This document shows positions 43,940 to 53,172 of a DNA stretch of 64,000 bases, piece after piece. Every line of letters begins with the position of its first letter. The first letter of the stretch is position 1. The stretch covers positions 8,544,001 to 8,608,000 of the forward strand of contig JASGJH010000001.1 of assembly GCA_047601445.1 (NCBI GenBank), read 5' to 3'. The stretch comes from Myxococcales bacterium. GTDB taxonomy: Bacteria > Myxococcota_A > Polyangia > Polyangiales > DASUME01. A program made the position numbers and the translations under genes. The notes under the pieces are model-generated. The model saw nothing but the letters and a program-made list of their open reading frames with translations, did no database searches and was not told the origin of the DNA.

Positions 43940-44608
43940 ATGGATTTGAGCTGGCTCAAGCGCGACGAACACGGACTCGTGACCGTGGTGGTTCAGGACC
44001 GCATGAGCGGCCTGGTCCGCATGGTGGCGCACGCGAACGAAGAGGCGGTGGCGGCCACTTTGAGCACGCGCCTGGGACACTTCTACAGCCGTTCGCGCAA
44101 GCGACTCTGGAAGAAGGGCGAAGAGAGCGGCCACGTGCTGCACGTGCACGAGATCTGGGCCGACTGCGACGCGGACTGCCTGGTGTACCTGGTCGACCCG
44201 GAAGGCCCGAGCTGCCACACCGGCAGAGAGACTTGCTTCTACTCACGGGTAGCGAGCGACGGTACGTTGCAGCCCGATACGGGCGATCTGGCCGCACCCG
44301 TCTTTCCGCGGTTGTGGCGCGAGCTCGAGGCGCGCCGCGATGCGCCGGCGGAGCGCAGCTACACGCGCTCCCTGCTCGACAAAGGCGCCTCCAAAATTGC
44401 AGCCAAGCTGCGCGAGGAAGGCGACGAACTCGCCCGCGCGGTGGAGTCCGAGAGCGACGAGCGCGTGGTCAGCGAGAGTGGCGACGTGATCTACCATCTG
44501 CTGGTCGGGCTCTTGTTGCGTCAACGCAGCCTTCGGGACGTCCAGGCGGAGCTGGCCAAGCGCTTTGGTGTGAGCGGCCACGACGAAAAGGCCTCTCGTT
44601 CGAAGTGA
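43940..44608 (+). CDS. hisIE: Bifunctional phosphoribosyl-AMP cyclohydrolase / phosphoribosyl-ATP pyrophosphatase
   Basis: YSRSR..LW.KGE.SG, DCDAD, CHTG..TCF, SYT..LL, K..EE..E. Confidence 0.96.
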   Translation: MDLSWLKRDEHGLVTVVVQDRMSGLVRMVAHANEEAVAATLSTRLGHFYSRSRKRLWKKGEESGHVLHVHEIWADCDADCLVYLVDPEGPSCHTGRETCFYSRVASDGTLQPDTGDLAAPVFPRLWRELEARRDAPAERSYTRSLLDKGASKIAAKLREEGDELARAVESESDERVVSESGDVIYHLLVGLLLRQRSLRDVQAELAKRFGVSGHDEKASRSK

Positions 44609-44729
44609 GCGTCGGATGGAGGCCGAGTTACCTCGGTGTCCCGACGCCAGCATCTCCAGCCGTGGGCTGTCCTACCAATCGGGCCTGTCGATTGGACTGA
44701 GCGCGCCAGCTCCGGCAGTATCGAGCTCG

Positions 44730-45455
44730 ATGAAAGCTTTCCCGAAGCTCCTCGTGGCGATGTCAGCTCTCCTGGCCGCCTGCAGCGGCAGCGGTGTCGA
44801 TGGTGCCCCTCCCGGCGAGGAGGCTCCACTCACCGGCTGCGAGTGCGGGCTCGACTGGCAGATCGACAACCTCGCCGTGTGCGTGGTTCGGCAGACCGGG
44901 TTCACGCAGGCATCCGTCTACTCGTCGCACCTGGACACGAACGGCATCCAGCACTGCGATCCGGCTCGCACCGCACCTCAGCCGGTGCCCGCCGACGCCT
45001 GGAGCGCCAACCGCGTCAAGTCGGCCTGCGCAGGCACCGGCACGCTGTGCATCGCGCTCAAGCAGGGGATGATGGATGCGGACGGCGGCGTCAGCTCCTC
45101 GTGCACGCTCCTCGAGCACTGCTCCGAGATCGACTACACAACGCCCAACGAACCGCTCGAGCTCCCGCCCCTCGCGGCCTGGTCGGTGGCCGACGCCAAC
45201 TGCGCGAACAGCTACGATCAGGGCGCTGGCTTCTACGAGTTCAACCTGACTAGCGACGCGTTCAGCTGCGGCGCAAAGAACCCAACGCTGATCAATCGCC
45301 GGCCGGCCTGTCCGCCGGGCTGTGATCTCGAGCCGGCTGGCACTCCGCGTTGCGCGGTGTGTGACCTGTGTCCGGCGGACTGCGCCGAGGGCTCCACCGA
45401 AGAGCGCTGCATCAACTGCGGCGGCACGGGCAGCGGCGCGGTGGCCTCCTTCTAA
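44730..45455 (+). CDS. Cysteine-rich lipoprotein
   Basis: LLAAC lipobox; many Cys, clustered at the C-terminus. Confidence 0.78.
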   Translation: MKAFPKLLVAMSALLAACSGSGVDGAPPGEEAPLTGCECGLDWQIDNLAVCVVRQTGFTQASVYSSHLDTNGIQHCDPARTAPQPVPADAWSANRVKSACAGTGTLCIALKQGMMDADGGVSSSCTLLEHCSEIDYTTPNEPLELPPLAAWSVADANCANSYDQGAGFYEFNLTSDAFSCGAKNPTLINRRPACPPGCDLEPAGTPRCAVCDLCPADCAEGSTEERCINCGGTGSGAVASF

Positions 45456-45460
45456 AAAGG

Positions 45461-45693
45461 TCCCCTTTTCTCGTGTTGTCTCCGGTCTTGGCCGGCGCTT
45501 CGTAGGCGCGGGCGTTGGAGCGGCGAGAGCGCGCGCCTTGTCGAACCAGCGTCCTCACAGGTGCGCCGGCCGCTCAACCGCAACCGACTCCCATCGAAGC
45601 ATCCGCACCGAGCGACAAGGGGCCCTCTCGTCGTTCCAGCGGCCCCGCGCCTACGAAGCGCCGGCCACAACCGAGCGCCACAGGAAGGAAGGA
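45461..45693 (+). repeat. Long inverted repeat / rod-like hairpin (MITE-like element or structured RNA)
   Basis: Perfect 24-bp IR at 45489-45512 / 45644-45667, extending imperfectly to arms of about 60 bp. Confidence 0.85.
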
Positions 45694-45822
45694 CGGAGGA
45701 GGAGAGGAGGGGTGGCGTTTTGCGAGAAAGCATGGATGCTAACGTGTGCCGACCGTGGGCCCGATCGGGGCACATCCTCGGCTCAAGAGTGACTCACTCT
45801 GTTGCAACTGCGTGGAGAATCC

Positions 45823-47322
45823 GTGACAAAGCAAGCTCTGCCGGGCCCCGTCGCCGCCGTCGACCTCGGCTCCAACAGCTTTCACATGGTCATCGCGCGT
45901 GTGGTGGACGGCCATTTGCACGTCGTCGATCGCATGCGTGAGCGTGTCCAACTTGCTTCGGGTCTCGGCGACGATGGCAACGTGTCTCCCGAAGCGGAGA
46001 CGCGCGCCTTGGCGTGTTTGGAGCGCTTTGGTCAGCGCTTGGCTGGCATGCCGGCCGACCGCGTGAGCGCCGTGGGGACCAACACCTTTCGTCAGGCCAA
46101 GAACCGGCGCACGTTCCTGCGCAAGTGCGAGGCGATGCTCGGACACGAAATCGACGTGTTACCCGGGCGCGAAGAGGCCCGCATCTTGTTTCGCGGCGTC
46201 GCGCACGACCTGCCCGCGATGGAGGGGCGTCGCCTGGTGGTCGATATCGGCGGCGGCAGCACCGAGTGCATCCTCGGTGTGGGCGAGGAAGCCCAGCGCA
46301 TGGATAGCCTGCAGATGGGTTGCGTGTCCTACTCCGAGCGCTTCTTTCCTGACGGCAAGATCACCCGCGAGCGCTTCAAGCGCGCGAGCATGACGGCGCG
46401 CCTGGAGCTGGAGCCCATCGAACGGCTCTATCGTCGCGTGGGCTTCGAGGAGGCCGTGGGTTCTTCGGGCACGGTCACCGCTATCGAGGGCCTCTTGCGC
46501 GCCATCCCGGCCATGCAGAGCGTGTCGGGCATCACCATGACCGGCATCAAGCTGCTGCGCGACTCGATGATCGAGAAGGGGCACTTCGACAAGCTGGACT
46601 TGCCGGGGCTCTCGCCCGATCGCCGCAACGTGATCGCGGGCGGCGTGGCCATCTTGCACGCGGTGTTCAAGAGCTTCGGCATCGAGCGCGGGATGCGCGT
46701 GTCGAAGTCGGCCCTGCGCGAGGGGCTGCTGCTCGAGCTGGTGGGCGGTCTCGGGGACGAAGACGTGCGTGAGCGCACCGTCACGCGCCTGCGCGATCGC
46801 TACGCCGTGGACATCGAGCAAGCGCGGCGCGTGGAGGAGACGGCGCAGGCGCTCGCGCGGCAGCTCGAGATCCAGTGGCAGCTCACGGGTCGCGAGCTGC
46901 GCATGCTCAACTGGGCTTCGCGCCTCCACGAGATCGGTCAAGCGCTGAGCTTTGCGGGCTATCACCGCCACGGTGCGTACATCATCGCCAACTCGGACAT
47001 GCCCGGATTCAGCGAGCAGGGCCAGGCCTATCTCTCGGCGCTGGTCGGGGGCCACCGTCGCGCCTTCGACCCAGACAAGCTGCAGGCCCTGCGCCTCGTC
47101 GATGGCGAGCGCGCCGTGCGCGTGGCGTCCATTCTGCGCATCGCCGTGCGCATCAACCGCGGACGCGAGACCGTGCCTACGCCGCTGGTGCGCGCCACCG
47201 ATCAGCGGCTCGAACTCGACTTCCCCGCGGGCTTCCTCGACACCAGCCCGATGACCCGCGGTGATCTGGAAGAAGAGCAGGTGCTCATGAAAGCGGCGGG
47301 CACCGAGCTCATCTTCCGCTGA
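45823..47322 (+). CDS. ppx: Exopolyphosphatase (Ppx/GppA family)
   Basis: DLGSNSFH, G.EEAR, DIGGGSTE, LREG, LHEIG, HRHGAY. Confidence 0.95.
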   Translation: MTKQALPGPVAAVDLGSNSFHMVIARVVDGHLHVVDRMRERVQLASGLGDDGNVSPEAETRALACLERFGQRLAGMPADRVSAVGTNTFRQAKNRRTFLRKCEAMLGHEIDVLPGREEARILFRGVAHDLPAMEGRRLVVDIGGGSTECILGVGEEAQRMDSLQMGCVSYSERFFPDGKITRERFKRASMTARLELEPIERLYRRVGFEEAVGSSGTVTAIEGLLRAIPAMQSVSGITMTGIKLLRDSMIEKGHFDKLDLPGLSPDRRNVIAGGVAILHAVFKSFGIERGMRVSKSALREGLLLELVGGLGDEDVRERTVTRLRDRYAVDIEQARRVEETAQALARQLEIQWQLTGRELRMLNWASRLHEIGQALSFAGYHRHGAYIIANSDMPGFSEQGQAYLSALVGGHRRAFDPDKLQALRLVDGERAVRVASILRIAVRINRGRETVPTPLVRATDQRLELDFPAGFLDTSPMTRGDLEEEQVLMKAAGTELIFR

Positions 47323-48252
47323 TCAGCCGGGCGGCATCAGCACGCCGTCGATCACGTGGATCACGCCGTTGCTGGTGACGATGTCGGGCAGCACGACCTT
47401 GGCGTCGTTGACCTTCACGCCGTTGCTGAGGTCGACGGTCACGTCGGCGCCGTTGAGCGTCTTCACAGCGCCGGCTTTCAGCTGAGTCGAGAGCACTTCG
47501 CCGTTCACGACGTGGTACGTGAGGATCGAGGTCAGCTGGTCTTTGCTCAGTGAGTCGAGCGTCCCCGCGGGCAGTTTGGCGAACGCGGCATCGGTGGGCG
47601 CGAACACGGTAAGCTTGGCCTCCGGGTTGCTCAGAGCGTCGGCGAGTCCGGCCTTGGTGGCCGCACTCAGGAGCGTGCCGAAATCTCCGGCGTAGCTGGC
47701 GGCCTGCACCAGGTTGGGCGGCAGCAGCACCTTGTCGATCACGTGGATCACGCCGTTCGATGCCTGGACGTCCGCGCTCGTGACCTTCGCGTCGTTGATC
47801 GTCACGTCGCTGCCGAGCTTGACGAAGGCGCTCAGGCCTCCGAGCGTCTTCACAGGGCCTGCCTTCAGATCGCTGGACTCCACCTCGCCCGCGACCACGT
47901 GGTACTTGAGGATTGCCGCGAGCTCGTCGTTGCCTAGCGAAGACAGGGTGCTCTCACCCAACGCATCGAACGCCGCGTCGGTCGGTGCGAACACCGTGAA
48001 GGGACCTGGGCCGGCCAGGGCTTGGTCGAGGCCCGTCGTGGTCAGGGCCTGAGCGAGCGTCTTGAACGTTCCCGCCGCGGCCGCGGTCTCCACGATGTTC
48101 TTGTCGCCCGCGGGATTTCCGGCGTCGCCATCACCGTCGCCGCCCGCGTCCGCCTGCGCTTGGCCGCCGTCATTGTCGTCGCCACAAGCCGCGGATCCGG
48201 CCAGCGCTCCCAGGGTCAGCAGCAGGCGAAAGCTCCATCGCGTCGTCTTCAT
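47323..48252 (-). CDS. Lipoprotein with two fasciclin (FAS1) domains
   Basis: GAGGAGG RBS; SAAC lipobox; two TVFAPTDAAF...YHVV...NGVIHVID units. Confidence 0.93.
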   Translation of the reverse strand: MKTTRWSFRLLLTLGALAGSAACGDDNDGGQAQADAGGDGDGDAGNPAGDKNIVETAAAAGTFKTLAQALTTTGLDQALAGPGPFTVFAPTDAAFDALGESTLSSLGNDELAAILKYHVVAGEVESSDLKAGPVKTLGGLSAFVKLGSDVTINDAKVTSADVQASNGVIHVIDKVLLPPNLVQAASYAGDFGTLLSAATKAGLADALSNPEAKLTVFAPTDAAFAKLPAGTLDSLSKDQLTSILTYHVVNGEVLSTQLKAGAVKTLNGADVTVDLSNGVKVNDAKVVLPDIVTSNGVIHVIDGVLMPPG

Positions 48253-48300
48253 CGGGTCCTCCTCGAGCCGGGCCGCGCTGTGCGGAACCGGTCGAGGCAA

Positions 48301-48364
48301 TAGGTAGTAGTTCGTTCAATGTTTGTCCAATGTTAAAGGCGCGAGTTTGTCTAAGCTTTGTTTG
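48301..48364 (-). promoter_or_regulatory. Putative CarH operator and promoter of the fasciclin gene
   Basis: Minus-strand 11-bp-spaced pairs CAAACA/TAGACA and TGGACA/TGAACG; TGGACA-17nt-TACCTA as -35/-10. Confidence 0.6.
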
Positions 48365-48455
48365 AGCGCGTGGAGGCGCATCAAAGCCCAGTGATTCTCA
48401 TGACTTGACCTAGTGAGTCGCCGGGTTTGCGGGGATGTCGAGCGCTTCGACGTGC

Positions 48456-49364
48456 TCAGTTCGTGGGCACGTCGAGCAGCAGGCCAATCTGCTGGCGGCT
48501 GGCCTCGCGGTCCGCCGAGGCCACCACCGCGCCCGCGCCCTCGAGCTCCTTACGCAGCAGTTGCGCCGCGCTGCCGCCCACGATCCAGGGCACGCCGGCC
48601 ACGGCCGCTGCGTAGTCGTGGATCAACTCCGTGGCGCGTTCGGTATCGGGCAACATCGTGCTGGAAAGACCCACCAAGCTCGGTTGCAGTCGGTGGATCG
48701 CCGTGGCGATCGCTTCGGGCGGTGTGCGCGCGCCGAGGATATGCGGACGATAGCGCCACTCCACGAAGCGAAAGGCGGCCATGTACAGCGGCAGCACGTG
48801 CTCCTCGTCGGCAAAGCATGCCAACACCACTTCGCCGACGGGCCGCGAAGGGCCTGCGAGTCGCACCAGCTGTCGCATCGACGTGAAGATGACCTCGGAG
48901 GCCAAGTGCTCCTGGGCGACGCCGATCAGTCCATTTTCCCAGTCGTTGCCGATCTGCACGAGCGCCGTGGAGAACACCTGCTCCACGACACTCGAGGCAT
49001 CGCCGAGCATGAGCGAGCGCTGCACTTCGTGCTCCAGCTGCTCAGGGCGCATGCGGCGCGCTGCGTCGATCAGGCGCGCCGTGGCGGCTTCGAACGGGCT
49101 CTCGTGCGCGGGTTCTTCCACGCTCGGCGAAGCGTACGGCTCGCGCACCATCTTGGAGGCGTCCACCGGAGCGATGCCCTTGGCGCAGAGGTCGCGCATG
49201 CGCCGCACGCATTCCACGTCGTCCATGCTGTAGAGCCGATAGCCCGACGCCGTGCGTACGGGGGTGGGGACCGAGTAACGGCGCTCCCAGGCGCGCAGCG
49301 TGGCCTCGGGAACTCCCGTCAGCTCTGCGACCGCATGGATCCGATAGCGCCCCTGGCTCTTCAA
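48456..49364 (-). CDS. carH: MerR-family, cobalamin-binding photoreceptor/repressor (CarH/CarA/LitR type)
   Basis: MerR HTH (TLRAWERRY, RTASGYRLYS); W-x9-EH (WENGLIGVAQEH); ExH (EEH); Rossmann VGLS and VGG; TTG start with GGAG RBS (alternative start 49409). Confidence 0.88.
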   Translation of the reverse strand: MKSQGRYRIHAVAELTGVPEATLRAWERRYSVPTPVRTASGYRLYSMDDVECVRRMRDLCAKGIAPVDASKMVREPYASPSVEEPAHESPFEAATARLIDAARRMRPEQLEHEVQRSLMLGDASSVVEQVFSTALVQIGNDWENGLIGVAQEHLASEVIFTSMRQLVRLAGPSRPVGEVVLACFADEEHVLPLYMAAFRFVEWRYRPHILGARTPPEAIATAIHRLQPSLVGLSSTMLPDTERATELIHDYAAAVAGVPWIVGGSAAQLLRKELEGAGAVVASADREASRQQIGLLLDVPTN

Positions 49365-49402
49365 GGCTTCTCCCCGCCCCGTGGCCCCACGACGAACCAG
49401 CT

Positions 49403-49430
49403 CAGGCAAACTCTAGCCAAACATTGTACA
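49403..49430. promoter_or_regulatory. Putative CarH operator (autoregulation)
   Basis: Three 11-bp-periodic hexamers CAGGCA/TAGCCA/TGTACA overlapping a minus-strand TACAAT -10 element. Confidence 0.6.
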
Positions 49431-49498
49431 CGTTGACCCCGTGGTCGAGCGACCTTCCTTGTGGCAGACCTGGGGCCCTGCCAGAGGAGCCCCAAGAA

Positions 49499-49828
49499 AT
49501 GCAGCAGAAAGCACCGGAAACCTTCGCGGACGTGGAGGTCGTGACCAAGGCCAACGTGTACTTCGATGGAAAAGTGGTCAGTCACACCGTCCGGTTCAAA
49601 GACGGCTCCAAGAAGACGCTCGGCTTGATCTACCAGGGTACCTACCATTTCGGGACCGATGCCCCGGAGGTGATGCAGATCGTGGCCGGCAGCTGTCGCG
49701 CCAAGCTCGACGGTGAAGCGGAGTTCCGGAGTTATCCCGCAGGGACGGCCTTCAAGGTGCCCGGCAAGTCTGGCTTCGACATCGCAGTGGACGCGGGGAT
49801 CGCCGAGTACGTCTGCTCGTTCGAGTAG
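49499..49828 (+). CDS. ppnP: Pyrimidine/purine nucleoside phosphorylase (DUF1255 cupin)
   Basis: KANVYFDGKV.S, KTLG, Y.F.T..PE.M, Y.CSF. Confidence 0.9.
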   Translation: MQQKAPETFADVEVVTKANVYFDGKVVSHTVRFKDGSKKTLGLIYQGTYHFGTDAPEVMQIVAGSCRAKLDGEAEFRSYPAGTAFKVPGKSGFDIAVDAGIAEYVCSFE

Positions 49829-49909
49829 CCAGAGGTGGGGCAAGCTCCCCCGAGAAGCGCGTGACTTTTGCGGGCGCTTTTTGACCGCGTTTCGCGCTAA
49901 GACCCTGCC

Positions 49910-51589
49910 ATGGGCGACGTCGTCGAAGCCCGCGATTCCGCGGACGCTCAGCGCCACAGTCGCGCCGGACCGGTAAAGGCCTGGATCGAACCGGACCGCT
50001 GGGCCTTCGTGCGGGCTTTTCCGCTGCAGGCGGCGTCCACGGGGGCAGCGCTCCTGCTCTCGTTCGCGCTCGCGGTGGGGCTGCATCCCATCTTTTGGTC
50101 GCTCGCGGTGTTTGCCTGGTTCCGCCACGCCGCGGCCGAGGCGAGCCTGCGGGAGCTCTGGCGTGAGGGCATGTTGCATCCCGCGCGCGTGCTCAGTGGG
50201 GCAGCGTCCGGGCTGATCGCCACGTTGGTCCGACTCGAAGGGGAGCGCGGTGTTCAGGACGCGGTGGTGATCAGCCGCATCCCACGGCGTTGGGGCAAGC
50301 TGTCGCCACCATGGGGCGGGGAGCGCGCCGCCGTCGTAATCGCGGGGCAGCCGCCGCGCCTCAAGCCGCTGAGCGCAGACTTCGCGGTCGGGGACCTCGA
50401 GCGCGCGCGGCGCGCCACCGAGCGCATCCCCGAGCCGCAGTGGGAGGCGCTCAGCCGAGCGCTGGGTCAGCTGCCCGAGGTCAGCGAGGGAGTGCACCCG
50501 GTGCAGCTGGGGGAAGAGCCCTGGTACGGGAGCTTGCGCGAGGTAGAGGCCGAGGGGTCCCTGCCCGTGGTTCCCGATTCGGCGCAGAGCCACGTGTGGT
50601 GCGCTGGCTTGCCGTGCATCGAGGAGCCCGAGATGGTCGTCGCGGAGCGCACGCGTGTGCAGGGCTTCCGGCGGCGGGCCTGGCTGCGCGTGCTGTCGTA
50701 CGCGGCTTGCACCGCGCTGTTGCCGGCGGGCTTCGTGGTGCTGGTGGCGTATCAAGAGCTCGCCCGTGACCGCGCGCTCTCGTTCGTGGTGCTGGCGGGG
50801 CTCTTCGCGTTCGTGCTGACGCCGTTCGCGTTGCTGGCGATGCTGTCGTGGTTCTCACGCGTGCGGGCCTATGGACGCGACCTGCGTCAGGGGCGCGTGA
50901 TGCGCTTCGCGGGCATGCTTTCGAGCTTCGATAGCCTCGGCCTCGACCCCGATCTCGCGCATCTCACGCGGCGCGGTCTGATGGTGGCCGAGCCGGGCGT
51001 GGAGCAGGAGCTGGTGGTGCTCCCCGAGTCGCGCGAGCTGCTGTACGCCAACGGCAAGTGGGCCCCGCTCGGGCTGGTGTTGAGCGCGGAGCGGGTGGCC
51101 ATGCCGCCGGAGAGTCCATTGCGTGTGGCGTTGCCCGAGGACGTCGAGGCGCAAGCGGCGGAGGCCCTGGCCGTCGCGCGGCGACGCCTCACGGCTGCGG
51201 AGATCGAGGAGCTCGGCCGCCACGTTCAGGCACTGCGCGTGCCGGGACGGGTCTTCTGGGTGCTGCTGGGGTTCGCCTGTTTGGCTGGCTACTCGTGGCG
51301 CTTGCAGGACTTTGCGCTGCCGCCGCGCCCCTTGACGATCCCGTTCATGTTGCTGGCTTTCATGTTTGCCGCTCTGTTGCTCTGGCGCCGCGTGCGACTC
51401 TCGAATCGGCTCCAGCGCGACGCCGAACTCGGTTGGGTGCTCACGGTGGATCACGCGCCGACTGCGCCCGAGGGTGACACCGATCTGCCCGCCCAGGGGG
51501 TGGAGACGCTGCTGCACGGGCAGCTCGACTGGACCGTCAATCGGAGACCCGCCGCCTGGCGTCGCTTCGGGGTGCGGCGCCGCGCGTGA
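49910..51589 (+). CDS. Hypothetical membrane protein with repeated 2-TM + soluble modules
   Basis: Three pairs of hydrophobic helices, each followed by a soluble segment. Confidence 0.65.
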   Translation: MGDVVEARDSADAQRHSRAGPVKAWIEPDRWAFVRAFPLQAASTGAALLLSFALAVGLHPIFWSLAVFAWFRHAAAEASLRELWREGMLHPARVLSGAASGLIATLVRLEGERGVQDAVVISRIPRRWGKLSPPWGGERAAVVIAGQPPRLKPLSADFAVGDLERARRATERIPEPQWEALSRALGQLPEVSEGVHPVQLGEEPWYGSLREVEAEGSLPVVPDSAQSHVWCAGLPCIEEPEMVVAERTRVQGFRRRAWLRVLSYAACTALLPAGFVVLVAYQELARDRALSFVVLAGLFAFVLTPFALLAMLSWFSRVRAYGRDLRQGRVMRFAGMLSSFDSLGLDPDLAHLTRRGLMVAEPGVEQELVVLPESRELLYANGKWAPLGLVLSAERVAMPPESPLRVALPEDVEAQAAEALAVARRRLTAAEIEELGRHVQALRVPGRVFWVLLGFACLAGYSWRLQDFALPPRPLTIPFMLLAFMFAALLLWRRVRLSNRLQRDAELGWVLTVDHAPTAPEGDTDLPAQGVETLLHGQLDWTVNRRPAAWRRFGVRRRA

Positions 51590-51596
51590 GCGTTTT

Positions 51597-52631
51597 CTAG
51601 CGCCGGATCAAGCGCTCCACGGGCAGCAGCTGAGCCGACGTGGGCGGCGATTCGGGCTGCACGGTCACGTGGGTGATGCCGAAGCGATCCTTGATGCGCT
51701 GGACGACCGCCTGCGCCACATCGGTGCCATGCGCGGCCCCATCGAGCACCACGTGCACGGTGACCGCCGCGAAGCCGTCCGAGATGCCCCAGGCGTGCAG
51801 GTCGTGCAGATCGGCCACGCCGGGGGTCTCGCGGATCACGCGCTCGAGCTCACCGAGGTCGACGCCCAGGGGCACGCTCTCCATCAGGACGTTCGCGGTG
51901 GAGCGCACCAGGCGCAGCGCACCGAAGCCGATCAACAGCGAGATGAACAACGAAGCCAGGGGATCGGCCAACGGTTGGTCGAAGTAGAGCACGCTCAGCG
52001 CGGCGCCGATGGACGCGACCGAACCCAGCGCGTCGGACAGCACGTGGGCGAGGGCGGCGCGTAGGTTGGCATTGCCGTGTTCGTGGTTCAGGCCCAGCAC
52101 CAGCGCCGCGCACAGGTTCACCAGGAGGCCGGCGCAAGCCACCCACAGCATGGTGCCCGCCTGCACCTGGGGCGGATCCTTCAAGCGTTCGATGGCCTCG
52201 ACCACGATCAGCAGCGCCGTCACCACCAGCACCACGCCATTGATCAACGCCGCCAGGATCTCCGCGCGCCGAAAGCCGAAGGTGTAGAGCCGCGTGCGTG
52301 GCTTCATCGCGATGCGCTGCGCGAACAGCGCCAACAAGAGCGCCCCGCTATCGGTGAGCATGTGGCCCGCGTCCGAGAGCAGCGCGAGGCTGTGGGTCAT
52401 CAGGCCCGACACCACCTCCACCACCATGAAGCCCGCCGTGAGCACGAGGGCCCAGGCGAGGCGGCGTGAGGCCGAGCGGGTCACTCCGTGCGGGTCGTGG
52501 GCGTCGGGCTGGCCGTGCCCGTGGGCGTCTCCCGAGGCCGCTCTGGGGCCGCCATGCCCATGGCCGTGCCCATGTCCATGCCCATGGCCGTGCCCATGTC
52601 CATGCCCATGAGAGCCGTGTCCGTGACCCAT
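51597..52631 (-). CDS. Cation diffusion facilitator (Zn/Co/Cd, CzcD/ZitB-like) with His-rich N-terminus
   Basis: SLALLSDAGHMLTD, N.RAA..HVLSD, DLHAW, HVTVQPE. Confidence 0.95.
   Translation of the reverse strand: MGHGHGSHGHGHGHGHGHGHGHGHGHGGPRAASGDAHGHGQPDAHDPHGVTRSASRRLAWALVLTAGFMVVEVVSGLMTHSLALLSDAGHMLTDSGALLLALFAQRIAMKPRTRLYTFGFRRAEILAALINGVVLVVTALLIVVEAIERLKDPPQVQAGTMLWVACAGLLVNLCAALVLGLNHEHGNANLRAALAHVLSDALGSVASIGAALSVLYFDQPLADPLASLFISLLIGFGALRLVRSTANVLMESVPLGVDLGELERVIRETPGVADLHDLHAWGISDGFAAVTVHVVLDGAAHGTDVAQAVVQRIKDRFGITHVTVQPESPPTSAQLLPVERLIRR
52552..52610 (-). repeat. 24-bp tandem repeat (about 2.5 copies) encoding (HG)n
   Basis: CCATGCCCATGGCCGTGCCCATGT x2 plus partial copy on the + strand. 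Confidence 0.9.
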
Positions 52632-52764
52632 CGCGCAAGTCTAGCCCAGCGCGGCTCACTGCGGGTCCGCGCGCTCACTTGGCCTGGGCGGGCTAGCTCG
52701 CTCGCGGCCGACGTGGGCCACCGGGGTAGGGCCGGGTGCTCCGCCGCCTGCTAGGTTGAGGAGC

Positions 52765-53172
52765 ATGAGTGCCCAGCTGATTCACGCTTACTTCGACGCC
52801 TTCAACGGCCGCAACGAGGGCGCGCTCCTCGACATGCTGAGCGACGAGATCATCCACGACATCAACCAGGGGGCGCGCGAGGTGGGGCGCGATCGCTTCC
52901 AGGATTTCCTGGGTCACATGAACGAGTGCTACCAGGAACAGATCGTGGACCTGGTGGTGATGAGCGACGTGACCGGACTGCGTTTTGCCGCGGAGTACAC
53001 GGTGATCGGGACGTACCTCAAGACCGATGCCGGTTTTCCCGAAGCGAGCGGACAGACGTACCGCTTGCCGGCCGGGTCGTTTTTCGAGGTCGAGCTGGGC
53101 AAGATCATGCGCGTATCCACCTACTACAACGTGCGTGAGTGGTTGTTGCAGATTGGTTCGACCGCGACGTGA
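52765..53172 (+). CDS. SnoaL/NTF2-like (ketosteroid isomerase-related) protein
   Basis: YF.AFN, HDINQG..E.G, Y.LPAG.FF, TYYN..W. Confidence 0.85.
   Translation: MSAQLIHAYFDAFNGRNEGALLDMLSDEIIHDINQGAREVGRDRFQDFLGHMNECYQEQIVDLVVMSDVTGLRFAAEYTVIGTYLKTDAGFPEASGQTYRLPAGSFFEVELGKIMRVSTYYNVREWLLQIGSTAT

Noticed and set aside
45452..45792. Short ORFs over the long hairpin; also considered as 6S RNA or a CRISPR array
   Set aside because: Low-complexity Arg/Pro translations; no direct repeat-spacer pattern; no clear 6S central bubble by eye (Rfam not run).
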